A stretch of DNA of 64,000 nucleotides from Mobula hypostoma. Taxonomy: Eukaryota. The translations under genes and the position numbers were made by a program. The notes below the pieces were generated by a model that was not told the origin of the DNA, made no database searches, and saw nothing but the letters and a program-made list of their open reading frames with translations. Shown here in pieces: positions 25,756-36,877 of the stretch (position 1 is its first letter; each line of letters starts with the position of its first letter). The stretch lies in NCBI RefSeq assembly GCF_963921235.1, contig NC_086097.1:59584001-59648000 (forward strand). The letters are read 5' to 3'.

Positions 25756-26194
25756 ATATCTAATTGGTCTATAATACCCTCACTTGAAAAGTTCCCCTTG
25801 TTTCATGGTTAGCTTTCCAGCAGTCCCTCCCTTAATATAACCTCTGCTGTGAACTAATTGAATTATAGACCCTCTGAAACTTACACAGTCCTTGTATATC
25901 AACCAACAGGAAGCAGCTTCTTCAAAGATCGACATAAACTTTAAACTTCTTAAATTTTGATACAGTCACATTAACCAAGAGCAAAACATTTAAGAAAAGT
26001 GAAAAACTGAAAAACTGCCAGACTCTAACAAATGGAATAGGTGAGATTGATCGAATCATCTTGGAATTGATAAGGTAAATGCGGTAACAGATAGGTGATT
26101 TTATGGAGCTGTTTAATGAGATTTTCCAGCTGCTTACTCCCCAGAGAAGCTTTCACCTGACAATCTGAACAATTTGTCTTCAGTATTTTAAAAT

Positions 26195-26400
26195 GGCCCA
26201 GCGGTGGGGCAATTAGTGCTGTTGCCTCTCAGCTCCAGGATCTCCAGTTCCAAACTGCCCTTGGGTGCCGTCTGTGCAGATTTTGCACATTCTCTCTGTG
26301 ACAATGGTGTGCACTGGATATTCTGGAATTTCCCCTATATCTCAAAGATAGTTGAGAAGTTCAACTCATTCCTATAAATATTCCACTGTGTAGGTTAATA
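26195..26400 (+). mobile_element. tRNA-derived V-SINE (HE1-like), decayed
   Basis: tRNA-like head (GTGCTGTTGCCTCTCAGCTCCAGG..CCAGTTC), followed by V-domain-like GTCTGTGCAGATTTTGCACATTCTCTCTGTG...TTCCCCTATATCTCAAAGA. Confidence 0.6.
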
Positions 26401-27459
26401 ACAAAAGAGTTAATGTGTTAAAAAGCATAAATTATAGACCTACAAAAAACAGGAGAGGGGGAATGAATTAATCAAATTGCTCCCCTGAGGTTGTCCCCAG
26501 AAGAGGTTCAATAGTCTCTTTCTCTCTATGCTTATAGGGTAAAGAATGGCTAAAGAGTGATGAAGTATAATGTAATATAACTCCCTGCAAAGGAATGACT
26601 GGATTACCTCATCCATGAGTAGAAATAACTATTGTTGCCTACAAATTTTAGATAAACTACAAAATATTTCAGAAAGCCGAACCTCTTGCCCTACCAACGT
26701 TACTGATTGCAATGTGCTATAGACAGGGTACCTGTTCTAGCTGTATTTGAATGATGACTTTTTGGTTCATCAGTGGTGAATAGGCTCTTAAATACTTCTG
26801 TAGAAAACTTAGTAAGGATGTACAACTTCTCAAAAGTAATCTGCAGTAATGCTGCAGCATCTAGTAATGCAACCCTGAATAGCCCAGTCATTGTTAAAAT
26901 ATTAAGGTTATAATATGCATAATTTTATGTTCCCAGAATCAATTAGCATGAATGAAGGAGCAAAGTTCCTACCATGTAACTAGTCAGAGGAAGAGTGAAT
27001 GAATATTCAAGTTAATTGGTCCTCATTGGAAATCTCAATGGAAAATGTTAAGAAACCATCTCCCGTATTAACACATTATAAAAGACATATCCCTGCTTCT
27101 TTATTCTCAGCTGAGGACATGTCTGTTCAATTACTTAATACCCTGACTGTATATTCAGTGAGCTATCCCTCAACACTGTAACAAGAGAGGTATATCTTGG
27201 GTGTCTGATATTTCTTACACAGAACTCCTCAGACCAGATACAAGTTTTTGTATATTCAAAGCACAACACACCAGACTCTCATTCCACGTTATTCTGAAAA
27301 CGTTACCAATCTACTCCCAAAACGTTGAAGTTAAGTGAGTAATTATCACCACTGAAACGGCAGTCAATGGTTTATTGCGTTCTTTATGTTTAAGAAGTAT
27401 AAAACATTACTCTAGATTAAGCATGAGGAAAGGAGAAGTGCATTCTCCAAAAGGCCAGG

Positions 27460-27975
27460 AGACACAGGAACAGAGTTATGCCATTTGGCTCGTTGAGTCT
27501 GCTCTGTCATTCCATCACGGCTGATCTACTATCCTGCACATCCCCATTCTCCTGCCTTCTCTCCGCCACCTTTGGTGCCCTGATTAATCAAGAACCTATC
27601 AACCTCGTGTATACTCAAACACGAGGAATTATGCAGATGCTGGAAATTCAAGCAACACACATCGAAGTTGCTGGTGAACGCAGCAGGCCAGGCAGCATCT
27701 CTGGGAAGAGGTCTCGGCCCGAAACGTCGACTGTACCTCTTCCTAGAGATGCTGCCTGGCCTGCTGCGTTCACCAGCAACTTTGATGTGTGTTCCTTAAA
27801 TATGCTCAATGATTTGGCCTCTACAAATATCTGTGTCAATAAATTTTGCAGATTCACCACCTTCTGGCTAAAGAAGTTATCCCTTATCTCTTTTCTAAAG
27901 GGGTGTCCTTCTATTCTGACACTGTGACCTTTACTACTAGACTTCCGAACTATAGGAAACATCCTCTCCATGTCT
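27460..27975 (-). mobile_element. CR1 3' fragment interrupted by a Penelope-derived hairpin
   Basis: ORF 27648-28043 (ERMFPIVRKSSSKGHSVRIEGHPFRKEIRDNFFSQKVVNLQN) is a CR1 ORF2 C-terminus. Confidence 0.8.
27616..27793. repeat. Penelope pseudo-LTR-derived palindromic mini-element
   Basis: 59-bp inverted arms at 27654-27712 and 27735-27793 (57/59 match) with a 22-nt loop. The sequence matches the Penelope terminus at 48456-48580. Confidence 0.85.
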
Positions 27976-29104
27976 AAAACAGGTTTATTTGTGATGAATA
28001 AAGACCTTTTGTATCCACCAATTTGCAGTCTCCAGTATCTCAATCACAGTCACAATTTCAAGTATCACCTGTCCCACCTGCATTAGAGTCTAATGACCTT
28101 ATGATGGCCTCAAAACCCACCTGAGCTTCTACAAAACTGGAACAAAACAATTACATACAAAATATCTTTTGATTTCAATCAGTCACCTTCTAATGCACCA
28201 CACTTTAATATGCACCCAGAATGTTTAAGAATGCTAACCTTCATTTAACACAAGTTGATTTAGCACACAAGCAGCTTAAAAGGAATGCTTTAGCAGGATT
28301 TTCGCCAGGACAAAAATCACTGACCAAACTGAAAAAAGTCAAAGTGGATTTCGATGTTTAAGAATAGAACATGAAGGAAATAATTTAGACTTGAAATATA
28401 TGGTGTTTTCTCTTTCCACAATGTTGCTTGACCAGTTAAGGGTCGATCTGACCCACCAAGACCACTGTGTGCTTATCTCACCGCAATGCTGTGCTCACCC
28501 TTCCTTTTTGTGGCTCAGCATCTCACAACAAACTTGAAGCCTCAGTGTACAGCTGCCCAGTGAAGCCTGGGCTCTCAAAGGCATGTTTGCATGTTTTCTG
28601 TGGGGAAAAAAAAATCCAAGCAATTTAAAGGATAATTATTTTTTAAAAATCTAATACATTTTTGGAAACATCTTAAGCTGGTTGTTTAATTAACAATGTA
28701 TTTTAAGTACAGTATACTGTGTGATAACGAATAATAAACAAAACCTTAGCCAGATATTTAATGAGGTGCTGAGCACATTCAAAAGATGCTCCAAATGTGC
28801 AGTTGTGGTTGACACAAAGCTGATGATCCCAACACGGTGTGCTTGGCCATCCACAAAAGGACTTCCTGGGACCACTCTGCACTCAATGGTGAATCATTGG
28901 AAGATGTGGAAAGCTCAGACATGAGTCTGTCTGATTTCTGTAAAAAGATAAGAACATAAGACATAGAAGCATAGTTTTAATATTCAGCCCTTATGCTGAC
29001 TCCACTATTCAGTAACAGATGGGTGATCCTTTCAGTATTATTCTCCTGCATTAAATCCACATTATTTGATTATCTTAATATTTAAAATCCAATGATCTGT
29101 CCTA

Positions 29105-29969
29105 AATGAGCCTTAGATACAACTGCGAACAAGGCCCAGGCGTCAGCCAGCCCGACTCCCTGCTTAGCGGGGCCTTGGACAGTTGTACGAAGGCACAGGT
29201 GTTTCATTCCTCCACCTACATGACAAGAAATCCAACTACATAATAGATTCAACGCACTGGACGAGCAAGAGTTCTCCCTGCTGACTGGTTCATCTCATCC
29301 TCAATTATCTGGGGTATCAGGGACTCAGTCGCAAGTGGCTGTACACTCACTACCAGCAGCTACGTGCCACTCTAGACCACTGGTAGGTAGCACCCTGCCT
29401 CCACTGTGTGCTAAGTGGGGTAGCTTTTGGGTTACTTCCCAGGCTGCACTGCTGCCACAGATTTCACAGACCTCTCCCCCACTCCCAACACTGATCATCT
29501 GCGACTCCATTATCAGTCAAAGCAAAGTGTAACTGGTTTCCCGGCACCAAAGCCTCCGATATAATATATGTGATTCCTTGCCTGCTAACTGAAACATTGA
29601 GAATGTTGGTACAAATGACATTGTTCAGCAACAATCTGAGTTGTTCAAATGCAACTTTTAGAGTCCTTTTGAATTTCTAAAAATCAGTGGCAAAGACATT
29701 TTTATCTCTGGACCAATTCCCATGATGGTTCACAGCTCCGGGCACTTAAGCAATTTTCTCAGTGTGCATGTTTGGCTTCAGACGCAATGTAGAGCACTGA
29801 ACTTTGGTTTCGTTGACAATTGTAATCCATTTTGGGAATGCACCGCATTTTTCAAACCTGTCGGTCTTCACACAAGCCCTCTGGGCTCACGGATGCTGTC
29901 TGCAAACATATTCCACTCACCTCTTGCAAATCCACATGTGAACTATTTACAATAAATAGCAGATGTACA
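29105..29969 (+). mobile_element. L2-clade LINE segment 1: ORF1 with SGNH/esterase domain, decayed
   Basis: Motifs PWTVVRR, NRFNALD, TLIICDSII (GDS-like), VGTNDI, IFISGPIP and FGFVDN...FW...GLH...GSRMLSANI. Confidence 0.7.
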
Positions 29970-30851
29970 TGTAGCCTGGGGAAAAGTACACACACAGGAC
30001 AACAAATACTTTTTTCGGGCTTTAATTCTTTTATCTGTTTTAGATGTTTAAGTGCCAGAAGAGGGTCGTGAAATAAAAGGAATGAATTTACAACCAGTTC
30101 TTGCCGTTACAATCTCAGTTTAACTTTCGATCCACACCGTCGTGTATGAACAGACTTGCGTATGCAGTATAAAAAATACCAGAACTAATATGGTACTAAT
30201 ACGGTAGTGGCTATTCTGAAGGAACACAATACTAACAACATTAGAATCCCACCCACCCTGCATCTTATACATAACAGCGAAAAATTTAAGTGAATACATC
30301 TCATCTAAGACATACACACGTGCTGAACTTCCGAACAGAGACTAAACAGTCACGTTACGCGGTTAGGTGCACAATCAGTCCCGATACAATAAAGTTAGAC
30401 AAAAGGTACACTTTGGCACAACTTTTACAAGGTACTGCCTGGTAGTTAAGTTACAGGAATACTGACCTACTTGGATGGTGAGGAACTCTGCACAAGCCAC
30501 GCGATCCAGCATTAAGGTATTTACTTGAGAAAATCTGAAGCATCCACATGTAAAACAGGTCAAACTACCGATATTCTCGATTTGCCAACAAGCATAAACA
30601 AATTCACATGGCTATTGTCTATTAATGCTCACCTTTCCTCACCATGCCCAGCACACTCTGGGAGGAACCCGATTCCAACGCCCTACCATGTCTTCAGCAG
30701 AAAGCAAAATGGTCTCCCCACTATCCCGCGCATGCGTAATGACATCACTGTCTCCCTTAAAGGCACAGACAACTATTCTAGCATTACCCGGATGGATGCC
30801 CAAGTACACTTTTAACGATACTGAGTAACATCCGACGGTCACACGGTTACA
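29970..30851 (-). repeat. 3' LTR of the Gypsy element
   Basis: TGTAGCC...GGTTACA, a direct repeat of 34622-35503 (about 17 differences in the first 210 nt by hand count). ATTAAA on the minus strand at 30021-30026. Confidence 0.95.
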
Positions 30852-30862
30852 TTCTCCCCTGC
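30852..30862 (-). promoter_or_regulatory. Polypurine tract
   Basis: The minus strand reads GCAGGGGAGAA immediately before the TG of the 3' LTR. Confidence 0.85.
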
Positions 30863-31102
30863 AATCAAGTAATCGCTCTCAATTACTCGCTCACTACAAG
30901 GGTATTTTTAACCTCCTTTACTGGTTCTCTAAAGAGAACTGAACTGAGACTAGCCAGTAACTCAGACACTGCTGCCGGACTTATGGAGACCTCATCAAGG
31001 ACTGACCTTGGCTTGTGATGTAGGTTAGGCTGCTGTCCAGCATTTACTCATTTACTCCTGCGAGGTGCTGCTACAAGAGGACTACCGACCTCTGCCCCTG
31101 CA

Positions 31103-32480
31103 TTAGCCGTCGTCGACCCCCCCCCCCGTCTCAGTTCCAGAAGGTGTCATATTTTCGGAAGATATGCTGTCTAGGCTAGGGTCAAGACTCTGTGCACCCT
31201 GTTCTGACATATCTTCTACCACTATCACACCATTCTCTGAATCCTTGGAATCTGATTCATGCCCCAGGAGTGAGCTGACCTGAGTTACTGGAGTTTGCAG
31301 TCTCCTTCGGGTAGCTGGAGTGGGATGGTTCTCACAGGGCCTGATGTCTACCCTGTTCATCCTCTTGCTAGGCCCACCCTCCCAAGGTTCCACAGTGTAT
31401 GTGTTGCCCAGTACCTCTACCACCCTGTAGACAGTTGAGTTCCAAGCATCCTGCATCTTATTACGGCCTAATGGTCTGTTCTTCAAGTAAACCAGCGCAT
31501 CTACATCAACTTTGGGACAGTACACTTTGTCCTCCTGCCAGGCAATGCATTCTGCCACCTTCTGTTCAGGGTATTCTTTTGCTCTGGCATGCGCATCCTT
31601 CAGTCGGCTCTGGTGTACAGCTAGCCAGTCATGTTTCTGGTCCATTGTCTGCTCTTGCCCCAGCAGAGCATCCACCCCAAATCCACCCCAAACACAGACA
31701 GTAAGGTGAATACCCGGTGGTTGCGTGAGGTGTCGCATTATGAGCATACACTAACTTGGGTAGATGTTCTGGCCATCTGTGCTTCTTTTCTGGAGGCAAC
31801 GTACACAACAGATCATGCATCGTCCTGTTGAAACGCTCACATTGCGAGTTTCCAGTAGAATGATGAGGTGTGGTATGGCTTTTCTTTACCCCATATAGTT
31901 TGCAAAGCTCCGCTATGACCTCACTTTCGAAGTTACGGCCTTGGTCAGAATGTAATCTCTCAGGGACACCGTACTTCATGAACCATTCCCTCTAGGGCAC
32001 CCTTGCTGTGGTATCCGCCTTTTGATCCTGAGACGGAAATGCTTGGGTAAATTTAGTGAAAACGTCTGTGACCACTAAGACATTCTCACACCCATCAGTT
32101 GCCAGCTCCAACACAGTGAAATCTACCGCTACAACTTCAAGCGGCCTAGAAGCCAGAAATGACTTCATGGGGGGACGGATCCTAGGCTGCGGCATCTTAG
32201 TTAGTACACAACATGGACAATTTTTTTCCCATCGTGCCACGTCCTAGTGTATGCCCACCGAAAAACATCGGCTTCTCAATAACTGCGGAGTATGTTCTAT
32301 GCCTTGATAGCCCATAGAATCATGTACATATTCTAACACTTTGCTCCTCAAGCTGTTAGGTATCAGAAGTGGGTAACACTCCCTAAGCTTCTCATCCTCA
32401 ACTACCCTATACAGTAACCCTTTACGCTCCCTCATACTGTCCCAGTGCCTTAACAGAGACAAAACAGGCTTAGGCAGAGT
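31103..32480 (-). pseudogene. Gypsy integrase (HHCC zinc region, DDE core, C-terminal domain), disrupted
   Basis: Fragments VHDSMGYQGIEHT, CPCCVLTK, PLEVVAVDFT...[33 protein letters not shown] and [18 protein letters not shown], spread over several frames. Confidence 0.9.
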
Positions 32481-33227
32481 TTAATGCTCCTGGCCACTCA
32501 GCTTCCTTTTCTGATCCCATAAGTCTCTTAGGACACCTAACACAGGGTCTTGCTGCTGAAAAGTACGCAAGTCCCCATTAGAATCACCTGGGAGGGTTGG
32601 AGTGTTCCCTTGCATCAGACCACTTACCTCACTAGTACCAGCTTCCCAGGCTCGAATCTGCTTAACCCTACAGCTGTTAAGACCAGCAGTAACCAGTGCC
32701 GGGTCAAGGGCAGTGCTGCGATTGATCAAACTACAGATCGCCACAGCCCCATCAAACTCCGCATCCTCTGAGACAGGCTCAGGCTCCCCTGCAAATGGCT
32801 GCCTAGAGAGTGCATCAGCCACGGTATCGCTCCGACCCGGACGATACTGGACATCAAAGTCAAACACTGCGTAGACAAGTTGCCTACACTGGCTGATAAC
32901 GTTCATGCCTACAGTACATGGGATAGGGGGCTCGGTGCTAACAGCATCGCTGACTACTAGAAAGCCACAATTTGGTATCTTCATGCCCATTACTTGAACT
33001 TCCAGCTCTAGATACCCAAAGTAAGGAATATCAAGACCGTTTGCAGCTGCTAGCCTAAGCCAGCCAGCAGTGGACAACACACCCTCATCCTCTCCATTCA
33101 AGTGTGCTGAGAAGAACTGCTCGGTCAGGGTGCTTACCTGACTACCTGTGTCCAACAGACAACGGACAGCGACCCCTGATACTTCAAGCTCCACAACTGG
33201 ACATGTCCCTATAGCACGTTGCAGCAA
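32481..33227 (-). pseudogene. Gypsy pol remnant: aspartic protease fused directly to the RNase H C-terminus
   Basis: LLDTGSQVS protease motif and GMNVI, then directly FDFDVQYRPGRSDTVADALSR (end of RNase H). No YxDD RT domain. Confidence 0.9.
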
Positions 33228-34289
33228 CTAGTCACAGGGTAGCTGTACATTATCTGTATCTATGAGGTTCCGCTGAATTGCCTGACTCCCAACCTCTTGA
33301 GGGCAGGAGGATGCAGACTCCACTTCCCTTGAACCCCGCTTCCGTGGGAAATTTTTGGCCAAATGCCCTCCCACCTGACACTTGAAACATATTGGTTGCC
33401 CATCTTCTGTGAACCTAGGCTGTACATTACGTATGCTACTAGTAGTGTGTGTAAAATCCCTCTGTACAGTGAGATCTTTCACTGCTTGAGTCAATTCACA
33501 AAGGGCTTTGCCCTGCTCTGCAACCACTTCAAGGACGTCATCTAGTGTGACAGACTCGGATTCCCGAGTTTTAAGAATTAAGCACTGTGCCTGGCCACTG
33601 CTACACTTTGACTTTCCAGACTTTGTATTTCCCAGGGGCTCTTCTACAAGCCACAGATGAGCCTCCTCTCTCACTTCTATCATTGAGGATTCAGAGTGGC
33701 CCCTCACGAATCTATAGAGCTCCCTTCTGAGGGAAGGATCCCGGATTCCCTCTATAAATTGATCTCTTAGCACCACCCCCTCATTGGTCATGGCATCAGG
33801 GGAGTGCTTCAGTATCAAGTTAAGAGCTTGGGCTAGGGCATGTGAAATCTCTCTTACATCTTCACCCTCACGCTGTTTGCGACTGTAGAAGCCATGCCAC
33901 AGCTGGGCTGCACTACGCTTGTCTCTAAAAGCTTCCCTGAGATAGGTGAACAAGTCATCAGCCTGGTCTTCCCCAGCATCACTGCGCATACGTGCTTCCT
34001 CTAAGGTTGCACCCCTGAGCAGGGACATAACAAAGTCATGCTGATCCTGGTCAGACTGATTTCCACTATGAAGTACACGTTGTACTTCTTCAATAAAGTC
34101 ATCAACAGACCTCCCATCTTTCTCAACATCCCCCATAAGTGGAACAACGTGTCTTTCCCTTGGGACATATACATAGGACCTTCTGCTTAATTTATCTATG
34201 GTTGCCATGGCTTCATCATACTTACTACGCAATTCCCTAATTTGTTCATTCAAATCAAGTTCAACTGGTGTGTCCTCTGAGCGTGACAT
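33228..34289 (-). CDS. Gypsy gag (PNMA-like capsid plus degenerate CCHC knuckle), 353-aa open frame
   Basis: Uninterrupted ORF with YSRKQREGEDVRE, LRDQFIEG and CFKCQVGGHLAKNF (last Cys lost). Lies downstream of the PBS. Confidence 0.85.
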   Translation of the reverse strand: MSRSEDTPVELDLNEQIRELRSKYDEAMATIDKLSRRSYVYVPRERHVVPLMGDVEKDGRSVDDFIEEVQRVLHSGNQSDQDQHDFVMSLLRGATLEEARMRSDAGEDQADDLFTYLREAFRDKRSAAQLWHGFYSRKQREGEDVREISHALAQALNLILKHSPDAMTNEGVVLRDQFIEGIRDPSLRRELYRFVRGHSESSMIEVREEAHLWLVEEPLGNTKSGKSKCSSGQAQCLILKTRESESVTLDDVLEVVAEQGKALCELTQAVKDLTVQRDFTHTTSSIRNVQPRFTEDGQPICFKCQVGGHLAKNFPRKRGSREVESASSCPQEVGSQAIQRNLIDTDNVQLPCD

Positions 34290-34599
34290 AGTAAAAGCTC
34301 AAATCTTTAAAGTTCACACAACAAGCCTGCAAAAGGGAGCTGCTGCCGTCCTTTCCTGCAAACACGCTGGCTTCAGGGCTCCCAGTTCCCTGGGTCCACG
34401 TCTCTGCTCTGCGTCCTGACGTCAGTCACTGACGTCCCAACCTGTTCCCGAGGCTCCACTGCGCTCTCCACAAGGCTCTACTGCGCTCTTTCCTTCCGAC
34501 CGATGGGAACTCAGTCCTGTCTTCACCACTACTGTATTAGATATTGTATATTATACTGCGTACAACAATCAGAGACCCTCCAAACTGGCTTGGAATGAG

Positions 34600-34616
34600 C
34601 CCCACTCCTGGTACCA
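34600..34616 (-). promoter_or_regulatory. Primer binding site complementary to tRNA-Leu(TAA)
   Basis: Minus strand TGGTACCAGGAGTGGGG, 5 nt after the 5' LTR, is complementary to the 3' end CCCCACTCCTGGTA-CCA of vertebrate tRNA-Leu(TAA) as I recall it. Confidence 0.85.
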
Positions 34617-34621
34617 GATTT

Positions 34622-35503
34622 TGTAGCCTGGGGAAAAGTACACACGCAGGACAACAAATAATTTTTTGGGGTTTTAATTCCTTTATCTGTTTTAGATGTT
34701 TAAATGCCAGAAGAAGGTCGTGAAACAAAAGAACAAATTTACAGCCAGCTCTTGCCGTTACAATCTCAGTTTAACTTTCGATCCACACCGTCGTGTATGG
34801 ACAGAATTGTGTATGCAGTATAAAAAAATACCAGAACTAATACGGGACTAATACGGTAGTGGCAATTCTGAAGGAACACAATACAAACAACATTAGAATC
34901 CCACCCACCCTGCATCTTATACATAACAGCGAAAAACGTAAGTGAATACATCTCATCTAAGACGAACACATGTGTTGAACTTCCGAACAGAGACTAAACA
35001 TTCATGTTATGCGGTTACATGCACAATCAGTCCTGATACAATAAAGTTAGACAAAAGGTACACTTTGGCACAACTTTTACAAGGTATTGCCTGGTAGTTA
35101 TATTACAGGAAGACTGACCTACTTGGCTGGTAAGGAACTTGGTATAAGCCATGCTATCTACCATTGATTTCTTCACTTGTGGAAATCTAAAGCACCCACA
35201 CGTAAAACATGTCAAATTACTGATATTCTCGATCCGCCAACAAGCATAAACGAATTCACATGGATATTGTCTATTAATGCTCACCTTTCCTCACCATGCC
35301 CAGCACACTCTGGGAGGAACCTGATTCCAACGCCCTACCACGTCTTCAGCAGAAAGCAAAATGGTCTCCCCACTATACCGCGTGTGCGTAATGACATCAC
35401 TGTCTCCCTTAAAGGCACAGACAACTATTCTAGCATTACCCAGAAGGATGCCTAAGTACACTTTTAATGATACTGAGTAAGATCCGACGGTCACCCGGTT
35501 ACA
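34622..35503 (-). repeat. 5' LTR of the Gypsy element
   Basis: Direct repeat of 29970-30851 with TG...CA ends, adjacent to the PBS. Confidence 0.95.
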
Positions 35504-35722
35504 TGAACCTTCTCAAACTACTTCCTCCTCACTGCACAGCAGTTCTGTAAATATTACCCATCTTATTCAGACCATTGTCACAGGAAAGACACCCAGATTG
35601 AACTATCCTATTAAAGGTGTTAACAGAAATAACCTCCTATTCTTAAATAAATCTACCTCCCCTGTTGTACCTCTCCAAGCTACTCTGCTTAAGCTAGCTC
35701 TTCTAAGTGTGAGGTGCCTTTT
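35504..35722 (+). mobile_element. L2 LINE segment 2: start of the ORF2 endonuclease
   Basis: AAGCTAGCTCTTCTAAGTGTGAGGTGCCTT = KLALLSVRCL (LLNxRSL motif of the APE endonuclease). Confidence 0.65.
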
Positions 35723-36790
35723 AGTCGTAGTCATAGTCATACTTTATTGATCCCGGGGGAAATTGGTTTTCGTTACAGTTGCACCATAAATAATAAATAG
35801 TAATAAAACCATAAATAGTTAAATAGTAACATGTAAATTATGCCAGTAAATTATGAAATAAATCCAGGACCAGCCTATCGGCTCAGGGTGTCTGACCCTC
35901 CAAGGGAGGCGTTGTAAAGTTTGATGGCCACAGGCAGGAATGACTTCCTATGACACTCTGTGCTGCATCTTGGAGGAATGAGTCTCTGGCTGAATGTACT
36001 CCTGTGCCCAACCAGTACATTATGTAGTGGATGGGAGACATTGACCAAGATGGCATGCAACTTAGACAGCATCCTCTTTTCAGACACCACCGTGAGAGAG
36101 TCCAATTCCATCCCTACAACATCACTGGCCTTACGAATGAGTTTGTTGATTCTGATGGTGTCTGCTACTCTCAGCCTGCTGTCCCTGCACACAACAACAA
36201 ACATGATAGCACTGGCCACCACAGACTCGTAGAACACCCTCAGCATCGTTCAACAGATGTTAAAGGACCACAGTCTCCTCAGGAAATAGAGACGGCTCTG
36301 ACTCTTCTTGTAGACAACCTCAGTGTTCTTTGACCAGTCTAGTTTATTGTCAATTCGTATCCCCAGGTATTTGTAATCCTCCACCATGTCCACACTGACC
36401 CCCTGGATGGAAACAGGGGTCACCGGTACCTTAGCTCTCCTCAGGTCTATCACCAGCTCCTTAGTCTTTTTCACATTAAGCTGCAGATAATTCTGCTCAC
36501 ACCATGTGACAAAGTTTCCTACCGTAGCCCTGTACTCAGCCTCATCTCCCCTGCTGATGCATCCAACTATGGCAGAGTCATCTGAAAACTTCTGAAGATG
36601 ACAAGACTCTATGCAGTAGTTGAAGTCCGAGGTGTAAATGGTGAAGAGAATGGGAAACAAGACAGTCCCCTGTGGAGCCCCAGTGCTGCTGATCACTCTG
36701 TCGGACACACAGTGTTGCAAGCACACGTACTGTGGTCTGCCAGTCAGGTAATCAAGAATCCATGATACCAGGGATACCATCCACCTTAAT
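35723..36790 (-). mobile_element. Rex1/Babar LINE, 5'-truncated, well preserved
   Basis: ORFs WILDYLTGRPQYV...GAPQGTVL...LQKFSDDSA and KSFLPVAIKLYN. AATAAA followed by a (TATGAC)n tail on the minus strand. Confidence 0.9.
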
Positions 36791-36877
36791 TTCAAATAAG
36801 ATTTTTATCTTAAATTATTTTATTGCATCTACAGATTTTGATTTTATGTCCTTAACTGAGACTTGGTTGAACTCAAA
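36791..36877 (+). mobile_element. L2 LINE segment 3: APE endonuclease
   Basis: SNKIFILNYFIASTDFDFMSLTETWLNS, containing the TETWL motif. Confidence 0.75.

Larger units (their letters stand above)
29970..35503 (-). mobile_element. Gypsy/Ty3 LTR retrotransposon with both LTRs, RT-deleted (5534 bp)
   Basis: Two 882-bp direct repeats with TG...CA ends, PBS, PPT, and gag-protease-(RNase H tail)-integrase order. Confidence 0.95.

Noticed and set aside
31103..31747. 214-aa ORF near the 3' LTR as a possible env gene
   Set aside because: It is the frameshifted integrase C-terminal region. It has no signal peptide or transmembrane segment.
34600..34616. tRNA-Leu gene
   Set aside because: Only 17 nt match the tRNA 3' end including CCA, next to an LTR. 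This is a primer binding site.
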